This document shows positions 46,430 to 56,898 of a stretch of DNA of 64,000 bases, piece after piece. Numbering within the stretch: the first letter of the stretch is position 1; the number at the start of each line of letters is the position of its first letter. Position numbers and translations under genes: made by a program. A model generated the notes under the pieces. That model was not told where the DNA came from, did no database searches, and saw only the letters and a program-made list of their open reading frames with translations. Origin of the DNA: a virus; the IMG/VR virus record IMGVR_UViG_3300042878_001565, positions 1 to 64,000 of that record, one strand, 5' to 3'.

Positions 46430-49400
46430 TTATCTATTTCTTTCAAGTTTAATTCCAGCTGCTTCTAAAGCGGCCACGTCTGCATCAGTTAAATCATAAG
46501 CACCACCAAGGTCATATACTTTTCCACCATGTGAAAACGTCATAGGTCCACCCATAGCTGATTTAATAACTTCACTATTCCATCCGTTAAATTGCGGTGT
46601 ATCAATTGCACCATAAGTATTACCCATGTTGTTAACTTGGTCACCTCTATTAATACCACCTTCGTTTTCACCCCATTGATTAAAATTACCTTGGTCATTC
46701 ATACCAGTACGAGTAGTATTCATTGCTGAATTCATTGCCATATTTTTACCAGGTGTATTATTATGCATTTGATCAGTCCAATTACCAAATTTTTCCATAC
46801 CTGCACTTGCAGCTTCATATCCATCAGCCCAACTTACTTTTAATTTACTTTTACCAGTAACTTTTCCTTTACCAGATTTAGCTGCTTGATTTGGATCAAT
46901 AGTTATATTGTCATTTTTTTGCATGCTTGCAGGAAGAGTAGGATCAATTTTATTTCCAGCAACATCTGTAGTTGGTGTACCAGTACCCCAAACCATACTG
47001 TTTGGATTAGTTGCTAATCCTTCTACAGGAATCATACCTGTTCCATCAACCGCTTTAGGAAGGAAATCATAATTATTTTTATACGTCATACCACCCAAAG
47101 CCATTTTTAAAACTTGAAGCGCATTATGTATATCATTATCAGAAGGACCACCAAATGCATATTCTTTATACTTGCCTTCATAAGGATCGTAATAAACATC
47201 CTTTCCCTCTGCATTAAATAAACCATCTGTGTTTTTTTCAGTAGGTGTTCCTTTTACTATTGATTGCTCCTTTTGCATTTTAGTTTTAGCAACATTTAAA
47301 GCATCAGATTCTCTTTTGCTTTTTGCATCTACTTGGGGTAAAAGAAATTTATCCCAATATTCATTTGCTGCTTTTTTCTCGGTCGGTGAATTTGTTGGCA
47401 TTGCACCCCACGCAGAACTGTGCTTACTGTATTCAGCATCGTTATATTCAATAGATCCTGGATCCACATTTGATGCAGTAACTGCACTTTGCGCAGTAGT
47501 TGTAGAACCAACATTGTTTGCTACAGGCTTTATAACAGCAGCAGGATCTGCAGTGTTTGTTGCTACTTGAGTTTTAGCAGTTAAACTTGGAAAAACTGTT
47601 GCAGGATTAGTAGAACTTGCAGGAACTGCTTCCTTTCCAATATATGGATTTGCTGCATCTAATGCTCTCTGTCTTTCTTCTTCCGCTTTTGTTGCATCTA
47701 ATTCTTTTTGATATTCATTTGCATTTTCAGTTGGTGAATCATGAAAAGCTCTATACACACGCCCTCTTTGATTATATACTTCATCTGCTTTAGTTAATGT
47801 AGCTGTACGATCTTCTCCTGCTTTTTTTGTAGCGGCAACCGTTGCAGCATCTGTTGCAGTTTTAATTTTAGCATTAGCATCAAACTGTGAAAAGCGTTGA
47901 TAATCATTTGCTAATCCAGCATTAGGATTAGCGGTAGTAATTTGATCAATACGTGTTGACTCATCAAAGTTTTTACCTATATAATCTGCTAATAATTTAT
48001 CACCAGTTTCTGTACCAATGCTACCATTTAAATTAGCATTTTTACCAAAAGTTTTAAGTTTATAATCATTAATTCCTTTAGTAAAAGCATCATCCCAAAC
48101 TCCTGTTTCAGGTACACCCATAGTTGCTTGAAGGGCTTTAATATCATCTGCAGGCAATGGTTTATCTTTTGTATAAATAGTTCCATTGTTCCATGAACCT
48201 GTATTTACTTTTCTATCAACTTTTACATCAGCAAATTTACCAGTTGCCGGATCGTATGTTTTATCAGCTTTGTATTGTGCATACAAATCATCCTCTTTTT
48301 TAGCTTGTTCGGCACTAGCCCAACCTTTAGGATCATATTTACTTACACTTAATTGATTACCCATAGCATCAAACCTCAATGTTTGATCACCTACCTTTTT
48401 TTCAGTTATTCCCGGTGCAGCTGGTATTGAACCTGGTGCGTTTCCAGTATTACCTGCAGTACTCCAATCTAAATCAAATGCTACCTTTTGCCTACCAAAA
48501 ATACCTTTTTTTGCTTCTGCATGAGTAACTTTAAATTTAGCATTAGGATCATTTGTTAACCCACTTGAATCCCATTTCATATCACCATTATCCCATCCTG
48601 AATTACTCATAAATCGTCCAAAAGGAGATGCTTGTAATTTAGCAAGGTTTTGTTGTTCAGGTGTATTGTTAAAATATTTAGGTTGATTTGCACCAGCAGT
48701 AGCTGCAGCATCTGCTACAAACTTACCACCAATCATTTTACCAGATGCGCCCTCTGCTATTGTAGGTTCAGCATTTGGAACAAATTTATTACCAGCCCAT
48801 GTACCAGCAGTTCCATCTGCAATTGGTGCAGACCATTTAGAAGCTAAATCATCTACGTTTAAATGTTTTGTTGCATCTTTTTCAGCAGCATTATGTTTAT
48901 ACATTGCAACTTGATATTCAGCAGATGTTTTATAATCATTTGGATTTGGTCCACCCCCTGCAAATTTTGGTGCAGATTTTTTTAATGATGGAAACTCATT
49001 TTCAAAATCATTAAGTAATGCATTCTTTTTAACACTTTTTACAAAAGCAGCTTGTCTATCTTGAATGTAACTATTAGATGTAGAATCAACTTCAGGCATA
49101 CCGCCACCTAATGCTTTTTGTATTAAAGCACGAGCGTTACCACCAAAACGAGCTACTGGTGCTTGTTGTTGACCGCTTAATTGTTGTAAAACATAAGTTC
49201 CAACTTGTTCATCAATTTCACCGCTTTTGATTGCAGCCATTAATTCTTGTTGAACTTGTTCTGCACTAGCTCCTTTTTGCATCATATCCTGAACTTGTGC
49301 AGTCACTTGATCCGCTTGCGCTTGCAAATCTGGAGCACCCCCTTGAGCCATACCTGGCATTGGTGGAGCACCTTGTTGCTGTTGCTGTTGCATCATAGCC

Positions 49401-49720
49401 ATTTCTTCAGGAGATGGCTGACCGCCTTGAGGTGCGCCTTCCATTTGCTCTTCTCCTTGCCCTTGTGGTTGTTGACCACCTTGCATAGCTTGTTGAATAA
49501 CAGCTTGTGCTTCTTCAGGTGGCATACCAAGTTGTGCAAATACTTCCATGATTGCTTCTGGCGGCATTTGTTCTTGTAACAATTTTTGTGCTACATCAAT
49601 AGGTTGCGCACCTTGTTGCATCATTTGCTGAACCATTTGCATCACTTGTTGCATTTGTGCACCTTGCCCTTGTTGACCTTCTTGAGGATTTGCTTGAGGA
49701 TTTGCTTCTGGATTTTCCAT
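46430..49720 (-). CDS. putative internal virion/cargo protein with a Q/M/P-rich N-terminus and a possible peptidoglycan-binding motif
   Basis: Low-complexity Q-rich start; repeated xxxGG motifs; DIKALQATMGVPETGVWD...NGSIGTET. Confidence 0.65.
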   Translation of the reverse strand: MENPEANPQANPQEGQQGQGAQMQQVMQMVQQMMQQGAQPIDVAQKLLQEQMPPEAIMEVFAQLGMPPEEAQAVIQQAMQGGQQPQGQGEEQMEGAPQGGQPSPEEMAMMQQQQQQGAPPMPGMAQGGAPDLQAQADQVTAQVQDMMQKGASAEQVQQELMAAIKSGEIDEQVGTYVLQQLSGQQQAPVARFGGNARALIQKALGGGMPEVDSTSNSYIQDRQAAFVKSVKKNALLNDFENEFPSLKKSAPKFAGGGPNPNDYKTSAEYQVAMYKHNAAEKDATKHLNVDDLASKWSAPIADGTAGTWAGNKFVPNAEPTIAEGASGKMIGGKFVADAAATAGANQPKYFNNTPEQQNLAKLQASPFGRFMSNSGWDNGDMKWDSSGLTNDPNAKFKVTHAEAKKGIFGRQKVAFDLDWSTAGNTGNAPGSIPAAPGITEKKVGDQTLRFDAMGNQLSVSKYDPKGWASAEQAKKEDDLYAQYKADKTYDPATGKFADVKVDRKVNTGSWNNGTIYTKDKPLPADDIKALQATMGVPETGVWDDAFTKGINDYKLKTFGKNANLNGSIGTETGDKLLADYIGKNFDESTRIDQITTANPNAGLANDYQRFSQFDANAKIKTATDAATVAATKKAGEDRTATLTKADEVYNQRGRVYRAFHDSPTENANEYQKELDATKAEEERQRALDAANPYIGKEAVPASSTNPATVFPSLTAKTQVATNTADPAAVIKPVANNVGSTTTAQSAVTASNVDPGSIEYNDAEYSKHSSAWGAMPTNSPTEKKAANEYWDKFLLPQVDAKSKRESDALNVAKTKMQKEQSIVKGTPTEKNTDGLFNAEGKDVYYDPYEGKYKEYAFGGPSDNDIHNALQVLKMALGGMTYKNNYDFLPKAVDGTGMIPVEGLATNPNSMVWGTGTPTTDVAGNKIDPTLPASMQKNDNITIDPNQAAKSGKGKVTGKSKLKVSWADGYEAASAGMEKFGNWTDQMHNNTPGKNMAMNSAMNTTRTGMNDQGNFNQWGENEGGINRGDQVNNMGNTYGAIDTPQFNGWNSEVIKSAMGGPMTFSHGGKVYDLGGAYDLTDADVAALEAAGIKLERNR

Positions 49721-49727
49721 GTTTATA

Positions 49728-49748
49728 AACTTATATTTTAATATACAA
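49728..49748 (-). promoter_or_regulatory. candidate late promoter/leader motif (TATATTA...TATAAGTT)
   Basis: Lies between a terminator and ATG 49720; the same words occur upstream of ATG 56881. Confidence 0.35.
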
Positions 49749-49758
49749 AAAATAATTA

Positions 49759-49786
49759 AGAAAAGGTAACTATAAAAAAGTTACCT
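49759..49786 (-). terminator. probable intrinsic terminator overlapping the muzzle-gene stop
   Basis: 8-bp stem AGGTAACT / AGTTACCT, 7-nt loop, followed by TTTCT on the minus strand. Confidence 0.5.
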
Positions 49787-52700
49787 CTCCGATACTAATA
49801 AATTACCTAACGCTAAACTAACTAGCATTTCAACGTTACCGCTTTTAATTTTACGCAATATAACTTTGTTTTCAAAGTGTCTGAATTTTTTTCTTTGCAG
49901 TTCATTTTTTTGATAATCTAAATTATTAATGTTTAGACTGCGAATATAACCATTCTCTTCTGTTTTCCATATAGTTTCATGTACACCAGAAAATTCACCA
50001 CGATCTTTAGTTATATCCCAGAACTGATTAAAACGACATTTCTGTTCTTCTTTTGAATAAAGAATATCAATATAATTCAAATGAACTTTTGGAAAGTTAA
50101 CAATGTCAGTTAAACTGTTTTTTGGATTCAATTTTAGTTTTAATAATCCTGAACATTGTTCCGAGTTATAAATTATAGCTTCATCAAAACCATGATCTAA
50201 TACATGATGGCGATCAAAACAATTATTGTCATAAATGTATGACTCTAAATAGAATTCAACATTACGTAAAGTAGATACAGCAAACTTACTATTCATTTGA
50301 AACTCTACTTCAAACGGATAGTCAACACCATAAAAATTACAATAACTTTGACAAGTTTGATTGTGTTTCCAAATACTACCTTTCTTTGTTGTTAAAAATG
50401 AATTTCTACCTGTAAATGATAAATCTGGATGCCAGTCATGATACGAAATAAATTCAGCTGATTTTGGATCAAATGAAAGTGTCCACGAACATTCTTTAAA
50501 GTACATTGGATCTTGAACAGTTGTTGGGTATTTACCATTCACTAAAAAATTTCCTTTACCTACATATACAAGTGTCGTTCCTGTAGGAAGGTCTTTCCTT
50601 AAATGATAATCTTTTTTACAGAAGTACAAAAGCATATATTCATTATCATAAACTGTTTGACATCCAATTCCTGCAACAGGATTATCGCTTATATCATAAG
50701 AAGGAAAATCTTCTAATAATTTATATGGTAAATATGTATTTAACCAAAACTTATTATTTTTTAATGAAATTTCTTTTAAACCTCCAGCGTATGAAAATAT
50801 TTTTCCTTGATTTAAATTAATCCAGTATAAACCAAATGGTGTATTAATTACAGATAATCTACTTTGACATGAACCATACTCCATTGATTTATCAGCATTA
50901 ACAATATTTTGAACATCGCGTGCAAGCAATGAACCATCTCCAATAGTTAATTCGTCACCATTAGAAGTTTGTAATGTATTAACACCAGGCAATCTTCCAG
51001 GAGCTGTATTATTAAATAAAATTAATGCACCTGTTTGATCAATAGCTTTTATTGCAACTATTTCACTTTTAAAATCTTTATTATTTAATGGAAGAAATAC
51101 ACTCCAGTTATCAGCTTTGTATTCTGTTAACTGCGGCAATGACCACAATAATCTACGCGGCCTATACGTATAACATGATGAATACAATAATGGATCATAA
51201 TCATTTAATTGAATAGTGTTCCATGAAAATTTAGTAAAAGGTAAATATGAAACAGCAAGACTTCTATCCATTTTATAATAATTGTCTGTTTTAATTATGT
51301 TCATATCAAACATAGTTTTTAAATCAGAAACAATTGGATAATGTTTTTGAACAACTAAATCACCATAATCTCTATAATCTAAATTATATTCAGATTCACA
51401 GTAAAAATCTTTTACACCTGAATTAAATAAATAAATGTATGCATTTTTAACTACCAACCAACCACGAGGACCGGGTACTCTATCAAAACAATGTTTATCA
51501 GATGGTGTTACAATACCCTGCCAAAATGAACTAATAGAACCATTATCAACTGCAGTATAAATTGCATTCGGCAAACTTTGAATAAACTCACCAAAATCAA
51601 ATGGTTCAGTATCCATCCAGAAAGCTGTACTCTCAAACATCTGATAATCCTTATAGTTAAATTCAGCACCATCTGGTTCACCATTTAACCATCTTTGAAA
51701 ATAAAAGAATGTATTTTTTTCAGAATATCTTCCGATGTATGTGTCACCACCAAAAATTGTTTCTGTAGATGTATTAAAAATAGTAACCCCTGAAACATTT
51801 TTTATATACGCATTTGTGTAATTACTTTGAGTTGGTAATTGTTTAATTCCAAACAGTTGACTATACTGATTTCTTAATCTTGTTTTAATAGCAGTATAGT
51901 GTGATGATGCTCTACGTGCATAAGTATTAAATACACCTTTTGCAGGAAGATCTGATGCTTTTTTTCCACGCGATGTATCAGAAATAGTTGGATTATCTAT
52001 TAATTGATTAGTATTTAAAACAACCATCTCTTGACGGTTTAAATGATTTATGACGTGGGTTGTTAAAAAATCATGGACACCATCATTAAGGTATCTAATA
52101 GTACCAATATCCTTTCTTCTGTTAGTTGCTTTAGGACTAGCAAAGTTTTCATAACCACACACTGCTTGAAACTGTAATGCATGTTGTCTATATTTATTTA
52201 AAGCTTTTATCATTGTTAATAATGCATCCGAACCTTCTCCTACATAATGTGTAAACATTTGAATTGCTGAAACAGCACGAAGTAAACCAGGAGAACGATT
52301 TTGATCTTTATAATGTATTTCAGATGTTCCTGAATTTACGTTAGAACCAGGTATAGCACCAGCAACTCTACCTAGTGTATTTTGTAATTTATTTTTCATA
52401 TAGTTGGTAGATGCAAGCCCCCAAGATTGACCAGTTATACCATCAATAAACGAAGTCATATTTTCAGTTGATTGCAATAAACCTTCTGCAGCTAAAGGTG
52501 CAACTTTAGCAAGTATCGCAGCAATTTTACCAAAAGCATTGGTAGAACCAACACCTAATGTAATAGTTTCTTGATCAAAATATTTGTTACCTGTCCAAAC
52601 AAGATCTTTTGTACCATTAATTTTACTAATAGCAAATCCAATACCATAAATTATTCCAATACCAAAAGAAAGGTCTGTTACAAATTTATGTTTTGGATGA

Positions 52701-54781
52701 TTACGAGGTTCTACAAAAGAACCATTAGAAACACCCCATTGTTCACCATAAATTTTTAATTCATCATCAACCAAAAATGGTTTTGAAAACATTGTATCCG
52801 GTGAATGAAATGTAAATTTATCTTTTACATATCGATCATTCGGAACATAGTTTACAATATTTCCTTCTGCACCAAAAACAATATTCTCATACGATGTGTT
52901 AACAGGATTACCTGAACCATCTTTTCCTATAGAAATAAAAGGATCTGCAGTCAAATCATTAAATGGATAGTTAGCATATAATCCAGTACGTGAAGAACCA
53001 TTTAAAACTTTTGGTATATCATACTCAAACATATTATTAATAAGTCCTTTGTACAATACAGTTTTATTTCCATTACGACTTCCACGTAAAATTTCATAAC
53101 CAACAATGTTTTTAATTGTAACACCGTTGTTATCTACAGGTGGTCTAACATTTTTAAATGCAACACCCATTACACGAATGGTTCTTGTACCACTTTTATA
53201 ATGATTAGTTAAATCATTAAATCCAATTCCAATTGTATTTTCTGGAAATTTATGATGTCTAATTGGTTTACCACATAAATCAAAATTAGAATTTCCAACA
53301 TCAGACCATAGATGTGATGAAGAATTCCATCTTGATGGATGTTTATCATCATAAAATTCAGATGACTCATGGTAACCCATTCTACCTTCAGCAACTAAAG
53401 TACCACCATCATCTGTTGGCACACCTAAAAAAGCTGTAACCCATGCAGTATTATAAACTTCAAATACTTTTGGACTATAACCAGATTCAATAATATTTGG
53501 TGTAGCTGGACATACCGCATTTTCTAATATAGAACTACCTGCAGATGAAGAATCTGATGGTAATATATAATTACTTGGAGCACGTCCGGGAATATGATAC
53601 GAGCTTGTTTTATCACCTGTATTATAAATCCATCGAATAAAGAAAGGATAATTCTCATCTCTCATGTATCCTACATTGGTTCCGCCATTCTTATAATAAG
53701 TATCAGGATACTCTACTAATTGCCAAAATGATTCTATTTGATTTGCTAACGGTTGATAATTAAAATCAAATTTTTCTGTAGGACCAACACGCATTAAATA
53801 ATTACCATTTTCATAAATAGCATCAGATTTATCAGGAACAGCTGTAACTAGAAAAAGTTCTTTTTCATCTGGAATATCCGGTAACTCTGGTGATAAAAAA
53901 TCTATAGTAATAAAAGTTTGGTTTGTGCTATATTGACCAAGAATTTTTGATATTGTTTTATCAGCAATAGTAAATGTAACTACAACTTCATATTGTTCAA
54001 AAGTTGTATCAAGATCTGATAAAGTTAATTCTAATGCACTATTTACATTTTCATGTGTAAATACTGAAACTACATTAGACATTACAGTATAATCTGTTTT
54101 TTTTAAACCATTAACTAAATAGTAAATCTGAAAATGGTAACTACCGTTTTTAATACTTCCAGAACTCGGTCCTTTTTTTATTTTTAATTTTGGCGTTTGA
54201 ATAAATGATTCTAATCTAATCTCATTGCAATCCAAAATCTTGCGTCCTAAAGTATCTAGTTTATCAACACATGTAATACAACCACCAGGTAAAGAACCAT
54301 TGCTGTCAGTACATACCTGCACCCATGGAATATTTTGAATATCCATAGTTCTATCGGCATTTAAACCATCAGCCCAATATGCTTTAAATGAACAATCAAA
54401 AGTAGGTCTTACAACACCTTTTATTAAATGAGTTTGTTTAAATGCAAGACATGCATTATTTACTAATCTTGTATATGTACATGTACCCTCTACAAACCTT
54501 CCAATTTCTGATTGAAAGTTGTTTGTAGAAAATATTAACCATTCATCATTCACAATATGTAATGCACTAATAATAGTATATGGAGCTTCATCACATATTA
54601 TATTAGAAAACTCATTACTTAATTTTCCTAAATCTCCTTTATGTGAATTATTAATTGCGTTACGTGCATAAGTCCATGCATTTTCTGGCAGATGAAAATC
54701 ATTTACATCTGATACAAATCCAGCTTCAAAAGTTTGAGATTCCTGACTAGACTGGTTTGATTTTTTTTGTTTCTTTGCCAT
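49781..54781 (-). CDS. tail muzzle/stabilisation protein (crAss-type, P22 gp10/T7 gp12-like)
   Basis: 1666 aa, beta-rich; N-terminal GFVSD......P.NAW.YARN, IFGGDTYI, EYGSCQS..SV..TPFG.YW, WTLSF.....FISYHDWHP; follows the ring genes. Confidence 0.75.
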   Translation of the reverse strand: MAKKQKKSNQSSQESQTFEAGFVSDVNDFHLPENAWTYARNAINNSHKGDLGKLSNEFSNIICDEAPYTIISALHIVNDEWLIFSTNNFQSEIGRFVEGTCTYTRLVNNACLAFKQTHLIKGVVRPTFDCSFKAYWADGLNADRTMDIQNIPWVQVCTDSNGSLPGGCITCVDKLDTLGRKILDCNEIRLESFIQTPKLKIKKGPSSGSIKNGSYHFQIYYLVNGLKKTDYTVMSNVVSVFTHENVNSALELTLSDLDTTFEQYEVVVTFTIADKTISKILGQYSTNQTFITIDFLSPELPDIPDEKELFLVTAVPDKSDAIYENGNYLMRVGPTEKFDFNYQPLANQIESFWQLVEYPDTYYKNGGTNVGYMRDENYPFFIRWIYNTGDKTSSYHIPGRAPSNYILPSDSSSAGSSILENAVCPATPNIIESGYSPKVFEVYNTAWVTAFLGVPTDDGGTLVAEGRMGYHESSEFYDDKHPSRWNSSSHLWSDVGNSNFDLCGKPIRHHKFPENTIGIGFNDLTNHYKSGTRTIRVMGVAFKNVRPPVDNNGVTIKNIVGYEILRGSRNGNKTVLYKGLINNMFEYDIPKVLNGSSRTGLYANYPFNDLTADPFISIGKDGSGNPVNTSYENIVFGAEGNIVNYVPNDRYVKDKFTFHSPDTMFSKPFLVDDELKIYGEQWGVSNGSFVEPRNHPKHKFVTDLSFGIGIIYGIGFAISKINGTKDLVWTGNKYFDQETITLGVGSTNAFGKIAAILAKVAPLAAEGLLQSTENMTSFIDGITGQSWGLASTNYMKNKLQNTLGRVAGAIPGSNVNSGTSEIHYKDQNRSPGLLRAVSAIQMFTHYVGEGSDALLTMIKALNKYRQHALQFQAVCGYENFASPKATNRRKDIGTIRYLNDGVHDFLTTHVINHLNRQEMVVLNTNQLIDNPTISDTSRGKKASDLPAKGVFNTYARRASSHYTAIKTRLRNQYSQLFGIKQLPTQSNYTNAYIKNVSGVTIFNTSTETIFGGDTYIGRYSEKNTFFYFQRWLNGEPDGAEFNYKDYQMFESTAFWMDTEPFDFGEFIQSLPNAIYTAVDNGSISSFWQGIVTPSDKHCFDRVPGPRGWLVVKNAYIYLFNSGVKDFYCESEYNLDYRDYGDLVVQKHYPIVSDLKTMFDMNIIKTDNYYKMDRSLAVSYLPFTKFSWNTIQLNDYDPLLYSSCYTYRPRRLLWSLPQLTEYKADNWSVFLPLNNKDFKSEIVAIKAIDQTGALILFNNTAPGRLPGVNTLQTSNGDELTIGDGSLLARDVQNIVNADKSMEYGSCQSRLSVINTPFGLYWINLNQGKIFSYAGGLKEISLKNNKFWLNTYLPYKLLEDFPSYDISDNPVAGIGCQTVYDNEYMLLYFCKKDYHLRKDLPTGTTLVYVGKGNFLVNGKYPTTVQDPMYFKECSWTLSFDPKSAEFISYHDWHPDLSFTGRNSFLTTKKGSIWKHNQTCQSYCNFYGVDYPFEVEFQMNSKFAVSTLRNVEFYLESYIYDNNCFDRHHVLDHGFDEAIIYNSEQCSGLLKLKLNPKNSLTDIVNFPKVHLNYIDILYSKEEQKCRFNQFWDITKDRGEFSGVHETIWKTEENGYIRSLNINNLDYQKNELQRKKFRHFENKVILRKIKSGNVEMLVSLALGNLLVSER

Positions 54782-54783
54782 CT

Positions 54784-55725
54784 TTAGTATCTTTTAAACA
54801 TGTTCCAGTAATTATGATATTGAGCTTTACGATTGGTTTCCCATATTTTTCTCAATTCCCCAAAGTCTGGTGTATTCACTAATGTATTTGCATTGTTACG
54901 AGCGGCTTTTAATCTTTGTTCAACAATTTGAAATTGCATTTGTGTAACAGCTTCACCATTCATAACAGCATTTTCAAGTACACGTTGTTTGATTGCATAC
55001 TCGTAATACTCGTTTAGCATATCATGATCAGGAACTAATAAGTTTCCTTCATCATCTTCAAGTAATCCTTGATAGTTTAAATACAATTTTCCTGTAGGAA
55101 AGGAAGTGTATATAAATCCATTTTTAATATATGCTGTATTTGAGGACATCCATTTTTGATTTGGACAATCTAAATCAATTACATTTCCATTATCAACAAT
55201 TTTTATTGAATGAAATTCAGTCCATGTTCTTGTTTCATATTTCAGTTTTTGAACCAACATCATTGATTGGCCTGTACAACTTAATGTTACAGAACAAGAA
55301 GTATTGCAACCACATGTTTGTGGAACTTGTCCACATGAATTACATAAATTTGCTTGAGGATTAACAACTGGTTCAGCACAAATATGAACTTCACCTGGGG
55401 GTGGTGTATATAATCCACCTACCGGCATATATTCAGTATGTGTTCCTTGAATTACAGGTTCTGTTACTTTATGCTGACTAACGATTAATGCAAAGTTTAA
55501 TACATTAAAATTGTTTGGAAGTTTTGCTTTTCCTTTTTCAATTTCAAGTACTGTTTCATGTGTTTTAAAAACCCTTAATCCAAGGTCATAATTAACACGC
55601 TTTGCAATTTTAATAAATTCTTGAGGATTGATTAAACCGTCTAAATCAAAATTTCTAAAATCAGTTTGAATCTCTGCCAATAACTGGTCGTAAGTTCTAT
55701 ACTTTAACTCTGTGTGTGCTGCCAT
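54784..55725 (-). CDS. tail ring / head-tail adaptor protein with a Cys-rich insertion
   Basis: L.I.KGKA.LP.NF, Y.IKNG.IYTSF.TG.LYLNY.G...DDEGN.LVPD pattern; synteny. Confidence 0.7.
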   Translation of the reverse strand: MAAHTELKYRTYDQLLAEIQTDFRNFDLDGLINPQEFIKIAKRVNYDLGLRVFKTHETVLEIEKGKAKLPNNFNVLNFALIVSQHKVTEPVIQGTHTEYMPVGGLYTPPPGEVHICAEPVVNPQANLCNSCGQVPQTCGCNTSCSVTLSCTGQSMMLVQKLKYETRTWTEFHSIKIVDNGNVIDLDCPNQKWMSSNTAYIKNGFIYTSFPTGKLYLNYQGLLEDDEGNLLVPDHDMLNEYYEYAIKQRVLENAVMNGEAVTQMQFQIVEQRLKAARNNANTLVNTPDFGELRKIWETNRKAQYHNYWNMFKRY

Positions 55726-55726
55726 T

Positions 55727-56392
55727 TTATCTGATTATATTTTGTTTATCATCTGATTGATCTATTGGAATTTTTGCCAACGTCATTAACTCTTGTGTAC
55801 TCATTTGTTCCATTTCTGCAAATAAATAATCTGGAAGATTAAATGCTTTTTCCTGCATAATTGAACAATCATCTTTACCACAATATCCATCTAAAGAATC
55901 TTCCCACATTGCTTCAACCATTACAGCTTCCCATTCAATATCTGGAAAATACAAATAACCATTGTTAAACCAAAAATAGTTAGTCTTGTTATATTTAAAA
56001 TTAGTTGAACGAACCATAGCAACATAAACAGTTGATGAAACTTGTTGAAACGTATCGCTAAAATCAATTGGGCTTACGTTTCTAAATATAGGACCATTGC
56101 TTCCACTAAATACTTTAGGTAATTTTTCTTTTGTTCTTCGAATTGTACAACCGGTTTTAATACCAGCGCAGTTTGCTTCAATTTTATCAACTTCAATTAG
56201 TTCAACAAAAGGAAGTGTTTCAAACAAGGAATCATAAACCATAAGTTTACGTTCATTATCCTGTCTTCGAATTAATGCTTTAGAATACTTTAAAAGTATA
56301 TTGTATATCAAACGATCTGTAAGAAATGCATCTTCATTTACCGCTTTAAATACATTTCTTATTCTGGACGTTGCTTCTTGTATTGTTGTCAT
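55727..56392 (-). CDS. tail ring / adaptor protein
   Basis: LTDRLI...RTKEKLP...YFWFNNGYLYFP...F.LPDYL; synteny upstream of the muzzle gene. Confidence 0.7.
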   Translation of the reverse strand: MTTIQEATSRIRNVFKAVNEDAFLTDRLIYNILLKYSKALIRRQDNERKLMVYDSLFETLPFVELIEVDKIEANCAGIKTGCTIRRTKEKLPKVFSGSNGPIFRNVSPIDFSDTFQQVSSTVYVAMVRSTNFKYNKTNYFWFNNGYLYFPDIEWEAVMVEAMWEDSLDGYCGKDDCSIMQEKAFNLPDYLFAEMEQMSTQELMTLAKIPIDQSDDKQNIIR

Positions 56393-56401
56393 AATACTTA
56401 T

Positions 56402-56881
56402 TTAAAAATTGTAACTCAATGTTAAACACCGTTGCCAATGTTTTCTGAAATACTTACTTGCTGTTCTTTTAAATTCAAGCACCGGAGTAAATGAAAATAA
56501 GTTATTATTCTTTATTACATTTCGAACTGAACCAGTGGAATAAACAATTCTCATGTAGTGTCCATCTGTTTCCCAATTCTTATGATATACTGTTATCCCA
56601 ACTTCTTTAGAACGCTTGTAATCTACTAATTTCTTTTTTGGTTTACCTGCATTATTAATACAGATCATACCTATGTTTTCTGGAAGCACTACACCATAAG
56701 TATTATTCATAGTTTCTGCTACCATATTTTTATTAAATGTTCTTGCAATGTTTATCAAATCATGCATGGTAATGTTTGCATATTCCGGATGTAATTTTTT
56801 AAATTCCTTCAATTCTGCATACTCAATTACTTTTCCTTTCTGTTCTGTTACCCTTGCTTTCTTTAAATCTGGTATTTGCAT
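56402..56881 (-). CDS. IHF/HU-like basic DNA-binding protein
   Basis: Basic 159 aa; I...FN.........GV.LP.N.G.I; final F.P...FKR; position matches the IHF-like gene of crAss tail modules. Confidence 0.6.
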   Translation of the reverse strand: MQIPDLKKARVTEQKGKVIEYAELKEFKKLHPEYANITMHDLINIARTFNKNMVAETMNNTYGVVLPENIGMICINNAGKPKKKLVDYKRSKEVGITVYHKNWETDGHYMRIVYSTGSVRNVIKNNNLFSFTPVLEFKRTASKYFRKHWQRCLTLSYNF

Positions 56882-56898
56882 AACTTATAATATAAGAA
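56882..56898 (-). promoter_or_regulatory. candidate late promoter/leader motif (TATATTATAAGTT-ATG)
   Basis: Downstream of a strong terminator, so re-initiation is likely needed; shares words with 49728-49748. Confidence 0.35.
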
